55,866 nucleotides of DNA from Macrostomum lignano. Taxonomy: Eukaryota. A program made the translations under genes and the position numbers. The notes below the pieces were generated by a model. That model was not told the DNA's origin and searched no databases. It saw only the letters and a list, made by a program, of their open reading frames with translations. Numbering within the stretch: the first letter of the stretch is position 1; each line of letters opens with the position of its first letter. The stretch covers positions 1 through 55,866 of the forward strand of contig NIVC01004191.1 of the NCBI GenBank assembly GCA_002269645.1, read 5' to 3'. This document shows, one piece after another, positions 45,703 to 55,866 of this stretch.

Positions 45703-48700
45703 TTATACTTTACTGTCGCTAAGTAGCTTCATTGCGTCTCGCAGAGGCGGCGGTGGCGGCGGCGGCGGCGGCGGCGGCGGTGGCCGCGGTGGCCAGATCC
45801 TGTTAGGGTTTGGTGGCACACGCTCGTACAGAGAGGATGAGGATAAAGTTGCATTTGAGGCCAGGTCGTCAAAGTCCTCAGGTGGAGAAGCGTTCTGCCA
45901 GTAGGCGGGCGGTCGCGGAAGAGACGCAGGCTCGACGCTATCTATTTCTTCGGGACGACGTCGCCGTAGGGGTGGCCGTTCTCGCAAGAAGACGCGGACG
46001 CTGATGCAGCTGCTTCCGTTGCTGCCACCTCGTCGACTGGAAAGAACGCAGAAAGCAGCGGCCAGTGCTGCAGCAATAACCACCCCAGCCACCAGCAGTG
46101 CGGGCAAAAGCCAGGGCTGCTCCTCAAGCAGCGATGTCGCAGATGAGAGAGTGATCATCTGCACCGAGGCCGGAGAGCTGGACTCGAACTCACGGCTAGC
46201 TGGATTGAGGTAAAGCAATGGACTGCTGACTCGACCGATAGTGGTGGCAGCCTCTATCTTCACCGTATAAAATTTTGGTCCTGGAGGTGTTTCTTTGAAA
46301 GCGAATTCCGTCTCAGACAGGCCTCCTATTGACCTGCCGTCCAATGTTAGCCTGTAGGACAGGAGGGGACTGTTTAATCGAAAGCTGCCGGACCAGTCAA
46401 GGCGAACCAGAGGGCCAGAGAACTCAGCCAGTGGAGGCTGCACATAGACGGGATCTGCATGGAGGAGTATGAAAAAACGAAAATTAAAATTTCGCATGTA
46501 ATAATTTCGACTTTAATAAACGAATTTGATGGTACCTGCTGGTGAGGTATGCACTCGAAGCCAGACAATTTCATCGCTGCGAAACCTGGAATTGCTGACT
46601 ACGAGACGCGCTTTTAATTCTTGATAAGGGTCCAAACCGGTGACGTTCCAAGCTCCGGAAGCCTGTATTATTGGATAGTTTCTCTTTATCGTCTCTGTTC
46701 CAAAGACCTCAACTAGAAGCTCGTAGCCATCAACGGGACCGTTCGGATTTGCAGGCGGTACAGGCCTAAGAGTGATGTAGTTCGCGCTAGTGGCCTCGAC
46801 AGCTGGAGGACGCAGGCCCCGAGGAACACCAAATAGCGTAGAAAATTCTACTGCAGGACCGCGACCGCAGCCCGCTGAATTGCAAGCCTCCACCCTCGTC
46901 GAGTATACCGCGTTTGGTGTCAGATTACGCAGGCTGACAACCAGCAAGTTGTTGTCAAGCTGTATTTGGTATCCATTAAGGATGATGCTGAGATTTTTTA
47001 TGTGGCCGTTTGGCTTATTTGCTACTGGCGATTGAACCTGTAAAGTCGCGGAAACGTTGGTGACTCCCTGCAATAAAAGCAAAACAAGTGACTGAGTAAA
47101 GCACAGTTATTGATAAGTTGATTGCTAATAGAATGCTGCACTGTAAATGCTGATTTTTGCAGAAAAAACATATGATATTAATGATACAAGACGCATTCTG
47201 AGTTAGAAACTGTTAGAAATGTTTGTTGCAAGAACTATGTATAAAACGTACCAACAGCAGAGGAGCAAAGACCTCCGATGGTGCCATCTCAACTGTTCGC
47301 ACTAACGCCCAGTCACTTAAGCTCCCCTCCGGCAATGAGTTGAAGCAGCCGACTCGATAGCGGTAGAACGCGTACGGAAAAAGTTCATTTGATTCGTCAA
47401 TAAACTTCCAGCTCCCATCGCTATCATAATCTGCCCCGCTGAAGATGACAACTGCGTCAGAGAAACTGCTGTCTGAATGCAGTTGCGCTTGCCTTTCCAA
47501 GCGGCAGCTTACGATACGACCATTCGGCTGGCTTGGCGACAACCAAGTGACCCGAATTCCAACCTGCGTACCGTTTGTTGAGTTGAGTCTAACAGGCTGC
47601 AGTGATGGCAGTGGTTGACCAGTTGGTGGTGCCTCTAACGTGCGAAACGAAATGGTCTCTGTTGTCGCGCAAGCAGTGTCTGTGCAAGCTGTTAGCCGAG
47701 CTGAGTAATTCGTGAACGGATGAAGGGCCAACAAAGCGAAGGAAAGATACGTTGGTGGCAAAGGAATGTTGCCAAAAGGAGTTACTGCAAGGCTATAGTT
47801 GCGTAATTCGCCATTGCTGCGCAACGGAGGCACCCAGGCTATAACTGCAGCAGTAGCGTTTAGCTCAGCAATACGAGGCGCTTGAAGTCCTTCGGGTGAG
47901 CCAGCCTTAGTGACGGCGATGGCATCGGCGCTGCGAACACCGCCGGCGGAGTTGACTGCTACAACTGCGTAGGAATAGGCTGTGTCAGGCAACAAGCCAG
48001 CGTCAACTACCTGAAGTGTCGTTGAGGAAACCTCCGTAAACTTTTGACTGTTGCGCAACAGTCTGTATGATGTCACAACTCCGTTTGGTCGTTTTGGTGG
48101 TTGCCATTCAATCGCTATACGACTGGAGTCAAGAGTAGTCGGAATTGGTGCTTCCAGATCGGCAGGTGCTGCTTCTGAAGTGCGCACAGTTGTGACTGGA
48201 CTGTCAGTGCAGCCTGATGAAGTGCAGGCAGCCAAGCGAAATGCGTACTGCGCGAACGGCATTAAGCCGACTACTGCTGTGGTGTTTGTGTCAGCCGGTA
48301 AGTTTGTAAACAGAGGAACTTCGTTTTGTTTTAGCATGTATCTGCAATTGAAAATAGTTAGGATGAGCAAAATTACAGTATAAAATTTTGTACTTTCTGC
48401 AAAAACTTTATAGCTGAAACATTACCTAGTAATAACACCATTTTGAATCGCAGGCGGCAACCAGGATAAGTGCACGGCATTAGCTGTCACAGAGAAAATC
48501 TGGGGCGCTTTCACTCCTATTGGTGGTGCCTCTGGAGTGCGACCGATGCCAGGCGGTGATGCAGGGCCACAAGGAGGTGCTGGGTCGGCGGCAGAGTTGC
48601 AAGCCACTACTGAGTAGGCGTACAATGTGAAAGGTCTAAGATCTGAGCCTTTATCTGTCCACGATATTGTAGAACTATTTTGGTTTATGCCTTTGATACT

Positions 48701-51700
48701 TGAGACAATTGAGCCGTTTCTCCAAATGTTGTATTTTATAATTCGACCATTAGACTGGACGGGTGGATTCCAAGAAATAACCAAATACATTGGAAGCAAT
48801 GGTGCAACGCCTGGCACATCTGGAGGACCTGGCGTCGTCTCTGGAGTGACCAACTCTACAAAGGCACTCCTAATGCAGGCCACAGAGTTGCAAGCCTCAA
48901 TGGCATAGGAGTATTTGGTCCAAGCTTTTGCACTCGAGTCAGTTGCGGAGAAAATTGACCGGCCATTATCAGCCTTTGACAAATTTAAACTTCCGACAGT
49001 ATCGAACATTTCGCTAGTTTCTGAGCGTTGGCGGCGCAGGATGCGGTAGATTAGAATTTTTCCATTTGGCTCAGCCGGTGCAGACCAATTCACGCGGACA
49101 GTAATCGAGTATCTGGTGGCCTGGTTAACATTCATTAAAGACCCATAAGTAGCTAAGGTGTCGGCAGATTTGCTGTGCATTGTTGAATTTTTGGTAGCTG
49201 GATGTTCAATAGTACCACTGACGTTAGCAGGAACAATAATGGCTGCGACTTGCGGTGGCGACTGAGCCTCGGGCCGTGCCTCAGCGGTGCGGAGGCTTTC
49301 TGTGGGGCCAGTGACGCAACCAGCTTGTGTGCACGCTTCCAGAGCTACATTGTACACTGTGTACGGCTCTAATGGACGCCATCGAAAACCTGTCGAACGA
49401 CCAGCGTATAATAATACACTACTGTTAACAGTCAGCATATGCTTCAGCCGATACAATTTCACAAAACCATTTGGACGACGAGGAGAAAGCCAGTTAAGTA
49501 AAAGCTCGCGACCGTCAGCATTTGGCGTTGCTGTTATTTCAGCGAGGCCAATGGGCGGCGCCTCCCAGGTCGTTGCTTCGGTCCAGGGGCCAGAACCGAC
49601 CCCGCGGCTGTTAAAGGCAGCGAGACGAATATTATAGGTTGTAGCCGGCGATAAGCCACCGATAATGCAACCTCCACGGCTACCATCTAGCTCAATATGC
49701 TTTCCTGTGCCTTCAACTGCGATTCCCGCGCTGCGAATTGCCTAAAATGAGTAAAGCTGCAACATAAGTGCTTCTAATACCAGAATATCAGAGCTTCGTA
49801 ATTCCGGATATGTACATGTAAACACTTTAATGTCTAGCCTTCCGCAAATTACCTTGTAATCCAGTCGGTACAAAAGTACCCGCCCACTCCGTTCAGCACT
49901 GTTCGTCCAAGATACATTCAGGCTAAATGGATCCAGAGCTTCTGCGATAGGCGTCGGGACGTGCTGCGGAATATCATCAGCCGTTACTACTTCTGTCCAG
50001 TTACTTGCCGTCCTGCCGTAGTTGTTAACAGCCACGAGACGGTACTCAAAAGCGGAGTTGGGAGTAAGGTCAGGACTGAAGTCGAGAAAATTTCGACGCC
50101 CGCCGTCAACTTGACCAGCGAGTTTGATGGTAGACTCGGCAGCAACTGCAGCAGGATTTTCGTAGAGCTTGCGACGCTCAATTTTAAAGGTGCGAATGTT
50201 TTGCTGGCTTCGGGTAAGCTGTGCTGTTTGCCACTGCACTTGCACTGCATAAGCATCCACTGCGAACACGAGTGGGCCTGGCATTTGAAACGGTGCTCCA
50301 TCAACGGTGCGAGTAAGTACCCAGTCGCCCGCTCGACAACTGTAGTCGCTGATATTCTGGCAGACAATCATTGCAACGCTGTATTGACAGTTTGGCCGTA
50401 AGCCGTCGTAACTTGAGACCGTGCCAAAAGTCTCTCGAAGCAAATAGCGCTTTTGTATTATATCGCCAAATTCACCAATCAGTGTTAAAATGTACTGATC
50501 AATGCCAAGCTCCAGTGGCAGCAAATTCCAAGAGATTTGCAGACTGCCATCGTTCAGAGGCTCACACGCCTGAATGTTGCTTGCAATAGGTGGCTGGCGA
50601 GCAGGTGTTTGAACCATGATGGACGGACCGACAAGTTTCGTTGAGTTTTTCACTCCGTGAGCAATTACTCTAAACCAGTAGCGCTTATTGATCTGCAGAT
50701 CCGTAAAACTCGCGTTCCTCTGCCAAGCGGGAAGGTCACTAGCCACTAACCGGAATTGGTCGTCGCCGTCGACTTTCTGCTCAATCGAATACCGGATGGG
50801 CCGACCGCCTCTAATAGGCTCTGACCAGTAAACCAATACCGAGCTGCTCCCTGTGAGGACCACTCCCGGAGCTTTCAAACCAGCAGGTGGTGATTCGAGT
50901 GTTCTAACAGTGGCTAGCCAGCTGGTACGTTGGTGCAGCCTTGTCTTGTGCAAGCTGAAACTAGGAATGCGTATAACGTGTCTTGCTGTAATCCGCCGTA
51001 TCGATAGATGGTTTCCAGACCTGAATAGATCTGACGCTTGTTTGTGACGTCGTGTAACTGGTATTCCGTAATGCGTCCATTTGGATGCTCCGGCGGTTGC
51101 CATTGAGCCAAAAGCGCATCAACTGCTAGGGCCGTTAATCTGGGAGGCTCAATGCTTGTTGGAACCGATTCCGCAGTTGCTGCTTCAATCTAGAATATTA
51201 TTTTAGATTGTTTAACTGTAGTGGCTTTTTGACATGACGTGTGAAAACCCTTGCCGGTGTAATTTATTATTTATGTAACAATCGATTCTACACTACGATA
51301 TGCAAGCAATTAGTGATATAATGTTAAATATGAGAGGTTTTCAACACAGCGCTGATAAAAGCGACAGTCGATACGCAGCCACCGACAATGCTATTACTCT
51401 TAGATATAGCAGTTATGGTCACTGCTTTGTTCTCGCATCACCTAGGCCCACTATCTTACATGAGTGCCATGGTCTTACTTACAATTTTGTTCATTATCAG
51501 GAAAGTACATGTATAAAACGTCGGGTTGACAGCTGGTGTTCAAAGACGCAGATAACCTGACGAACCACAAACTAATTTGTTTGCGCAGATCCAAACGTTA
51601 ATTCGACTCCATTTTGCAACCATTCATAAAACCATCATTTTCTTGCGAGTAGCAATGCTTATAGACTACAAATGAATGTACGCTTCGTTACCATTTAGTA

Positions 51701-54700
51701 AACTTACCCATTCAGAAGCGGTGCACCCGCCATCGGTGCATGCAATTATTCTGTACTCGTAAACTTTGAATGGCTCCAATGCAAGACTGTCAACAAACTT
51801 GAAGACGAGCCCACTGAACAAATTCAAAGAGTCGGCTGTTTTGTTCACCATTTTCTGACGCCGTTCGACTCGGTAGGACTTCACTGGACCGTTGGGTTTG
51901 CTGGGTGGACTCCAAGTCAGGCTCAATGCATCTGGCCTGATTGGTTCAGCAACTGGTGGCGTTACAAACTTTGGTGCAGCCGAAAAAGTGCTCACAATTG
52001 TCAGCGAGGATTGGTTGGTAGCACCAGCAGAGTTTACTGCTTCCACAGCATAGGCGTATCTGGTGCTGGGACTCAACTGGCTGTCTAGAATTAGTCAAAT
52101 TTTTGGGAAGTATTATTGACAATCTATACATACATGTATGATTGGTAATATATAAGATCATAAAATATTTTTCAATGGTATTTTACTTTTACTGCTTTGA
52201 AGGGATATAAAGAATCATTTTTGAACCCTTATTCAAATAAAGCTATTCATAAAAAGAATCGTTTCTAATTGAAATTCTCACCATTGAATGATGCCTTTCG
52301 ACCCTCGTACACGAGCTGGGGCTCCGATAAGCACTTGTATTTAATTGCTTCGTGAAGAGTTTCTCTAGCACTGATAGGCCCAGTCTCGGTCGAGTCCGAC
52401 CGTACATGTACAGCATGACATGTCTCATTGCCAGACACAAAATCACAGGCATCGCAAGCCGCGGATTTGTCTGACCCAATGGGACAGGTAACACCAAAAC
52501 CACACCAGTCAGATGAAGCGCAGACCTCGAGGCTTGAATTGAACTTTCGACCAGCGCAGCAGCCGTTTGAGCTTTCTGCACCCTTGACGAGCTGCAGGCC
52601 GCAACAAGACCATGTAGACTCACCGTCAAAGTTATCTCGTGAAAGCGTATAAAGTTGAGCTTCACTACCTTCTTGACAGCAAACTGTTTCACTATCGCTT
52701 CCAGCTAGTAGAACATACTGGTCGCCGCAGCAAGACATATTCGACTGTGGCTGATAAGCGATGGAGTCGCCGCAGCACACTAGATCATTAGGGACCATTT
52801 GACCACCGCAGCATTGCTGATTTAGACTGCTGTGCAAGTGACCTGGAATAGTGTTTGAATGTTAATAGTTACTACTGGTAAAATTCCAATATGCAGCGAT
52901 TGGAACGACTCCAAAAGAGAAGAAAAGGGTCTCCTTACCACCGCAGCAAACTTGATCTCCATCTGTTTCATTGTAGTACGGAAGTCCTCCGCAACAGGCA
53001 TTGCCCAATCCGACATTGAAGGCGTCGGGAAATTCTGCATCTCTACAGCAGACGCTTCCATTAGGCACGCTCTGGTAGCCACCTCCGGGGCAGCACTGAA
53101 AGCCGTCAGTTATGGTGTGTAACTTTCCCTCGCAGCAGACTTGCTCCTCTGGCTTGTAGCACGCGCCGAGGTTGCAAGCTAGCCAACCAATAGGACATCT
53201 CGCGTATTGGCACGTGGCGTATGCAGAAGACCTGGTCTCATTCCTGCACGGATGCTGAACCGAACGGCGGTACAAACGGTAAACATCGATTACCCCTCCC
53301 GTTTCTCTAGGCACAGGCCAGCTAAGTTGAAGCCAACGACTCCCAGCTGACTTAACCACCGGCGGACCTTGACCCCTGGGTGCAACCTCAGATGTAGCGA
53401 CTTGCGTAGCGTTGCTAAGAACGCAATAAAACTGCAGCAGGCTTCTATTTGCACCTTGTTTGCTTGATTTGGAATCAAGGCTGTATGAGAGCCGAAAGTC
53501 CGTACTATTTAACGACTTGGCTCCAAATCAATCGAAAACTTTCGGTCGTTCACCAAAACTGAATATTTCCAATCGACTGTAAGTTGTTAGTGGAGAACGA
53601 GGCGGGTGGTGTAAAGTAGATCTGCACCGCGGTCAAGTTCAGAACACTAACCGGTAGGGCGGCTTGATTGTGTCGGAAACTAAATAAAAAGAAGAAACAA
53701 AGAAGATTTTTAACACCATATGACTGTTAAATTCGACTATTTGTGACTAAATTTAGAAGCGAATATACATAACTGTTTCAAATAACTCACCAGAGTCGAG
53801 TGTTAATACACTAGCTGAATTGCTCAGGACCCAGCCAGCCGGCACTACTGTCAGGTTGACAATCGCACTATAAACAACGCCTGGAAACAGGTTTCGAACA
53901 AAAACCTCAGTCCACCTATTTGCCCCACAATTGGGCACTTCCAAAACACGCGTGAAAGCCGCCGGACTCGTCAATTCAACGCGACATCTGGAAGGGAAGC
54001 CTCGTAGCTGTCGCAGCGTGGGCAGCGTGAGCTTCACGCGCACTGCTTGAGGTCCTGCTGGTGCAGCAAAGATGATAGGCCCGGCATCTGGAGGACCACC
54101 ACTCCAAGGCAAAACAGGTCGAGACGGCTCTCCGAATCCAGTTGCGCCGGCATCATTAAGCACAGCCAGACTGTAGCTGTATACTACACGATGGCTGAAC
54201 ATCATTATCTCTAAATTCGGTATTGAATCCAAAGTAGGATTCATTATTCCAGACACCTCTATTGTGAGGATTTTCATAGCTCCATAAGTCGACTGGCACA
54301 CTTAAGCGACGAATTCGGTATCGAAGTCGCGGACCGTTGGGCCAGTCTGGAGCTTTCCATGCGACTTCAATGGCTGCTGGAATGGCACGGAGTGCGATCG
54401 CAGTAGGCGCATGTGCTGGCTCGGCGGGCGGGGCAGCAGGGCTGAAGAACATTGAAACGTCACTCTCTGCACAGCCGCCTCCAATATTGCAAAGATTCAG
54501 GCTAGCCGTGTGGTTTGACCACGGCCGTAGATCGTCAACGATGGTTACACCGCCTGAAAAAGCCTCAGCCTTGGAAGTCGTGAGCAATATTGTTCGCATA
54601 GTATCTACTCTTAGCTCCAACCGCTGAAATGGCCCGTTTAAACGAGATTTTACATCTAGTTTCCAAGCCAGCGCTGCAGTTCTAGGCGATGCAGGATTAA

Positions 54701-55866
54701 CACTTGGCACGGGTTTCAATGGCGGTTCTGGCCTTGCCGGCAAAGTTCGTACTTCAGCCCAAGCACCGAATGAAAATCCGACAGAATTGACCACCTGAAC
54801 GCGATACCGTAAGCTGCTCCAAGGCCTGATTCCTTTGGAGTCAATCAACTCTAATATGCTGTCAGTCGCAGAGATGACACCGACCAAAACATCGGTTTTA
54901 TTTTCAGTTGGGCCTGTTCCATTATTTCTAAACAATCGATACTCGATGAGAGGACCGTTTAGTCGCTTTGGGGGACGAGGTCGCAATTTGACAGACGTCG
55001 GTGAAAGCGGGATCGCCTCTGGAGCAGGAATGTCTTCGCTTGGAGCTGCTGCAGTTCGAGCCTTCGTCACTGGAGCTGACGAATGCTGCGAGCAGCCTGC
55101 GCTGGTGCATGCCACAACTGCAAAAACATAGCGCTGCCATGGTGACAGTCCGACAGCCTGATAGCTCAGATTCATCGGTGGCAGCTGATTAAGACGGAAG
55201 TGCATTAGAATTTTTTTATTATTCATTTACAAATAAATAGAAGAGATTAAAAGTTTTCACTCACCGTTGCAATCAAAGTTTCATTCATTAACAAACGATA
55301 CGCCACAATATTTCCGTTCGGTCTGTTTGCGGAGTCCAAGTCAACAGAACGCTGACAGAAGTAATGTCGGCAATCTGTGGAGCACCCACTGGACCCGGGG
55401 TTGCTTCCGGCATTTTAACCGTCACCGGCACCGAATAGCCAGTTCCAAAGAGGCTCTGAGCAGCTGCTCGAATCGATATTGCGTATTTGGGAGCAGATCC
55501 GACACCAGAGCACTGGTAGTTGAAGACTCAGCCGATGGGACTGCGTCGGATGCTCTGATAGCGTTTTTATTCAAAAATATTTATTTTGAGCAGTAATATA
55601 CGCAGAATGTATCCGTTGCTTGTTTTTGAAGCTTGTATTGCTGTTTAAAAGCTTAAAACTCCTACCTGTCCCACTCTCCATCGTCCCCTTTTTGAATCTG
55701 GAGCGTCACGCTCACTCGCTGAGCCGAATTCGCCCGCCCAACTTCGCCCCAAGTGGCTTGCACTGATGTCGCGTTTATGACAATCAGATTCGGAGGCTCG
55801 ACGCCGTCTGGGCCTGAACGGGTGAAATATTGTTTTTGAGGTCTCTTAGCTTGATCAAAGAATACA
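45703..55866 (-). CDS. USH2A: Usherin (USH2A) ortholog, C-terminal half: many FN3 repeats, CCG-rich cysteine region, TM helix, proline-rich tail; continues beyond the window, and its 3' end may extend to ~44900
   Basis: Serial FN3 exons (W.PP..PNG.I..Y; Y...V.AC...GC). Usherin-typical CC-G repeats at 52265-53100 (CCGGQMVPNDLVCCGD; CCEGKLH...CCPGG). TM segment QPWLLPALLVAGVVIAAALAAAFCVL. Several single-base frameshifts (~50925, ~53510, ~53565, 55300-55480). Confidence 0.9.

Noticed and set aside
46790-55596. Numerous plus-strand ORFs over the usherin region
   Set aside because: Antisense shadows of FN3-coding exons.

Overview
Eukaryotic (metazoan) genomic DNA. The organism is inferred to be a repeat-rich invertebrate, probably a free-living flatworm such as Macrostomum, from ~39-nt introns, GC-rich exons and minisatellite-filled introns; this is not proven. 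No rRNA, tRNA or CRISPR features were seen. In order, the window holds: a 5'-truncated RNase H-bearing LINE; a 4-kb foldback element with 1.76-kb near-identical arms; an intronless IFIT-like TPR gene (CHFTW motif) whose long C-terminal extension looks HEPN-like; scrambled remnants of paralog(s) of that gene; a 4-exon orphan gene with a putative C-terminal TIR/SEFIR-like fold; a CpG-depleted, transposon-dense block (mariner, Gypsy, hAT, MITEs); the 3' half of a DDX60-like helicase carrying an inserted ZZ zinc finger; a secreted PAN/Apple + LamG-like gene; an ankyrin-repeat gene; and the 3' half of usherin (USH2A). The strongest lead is a candidate invertebrate antiviral cluster (IFIT-like/HEPN-like fusion, TIR-like adaptor, DDX60-ZZ). 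Many frameshifts are single-base deletions, including in usherin, and are probably long-read assembly errors. All domain calls are from motif recognition by eye; no database search was run.
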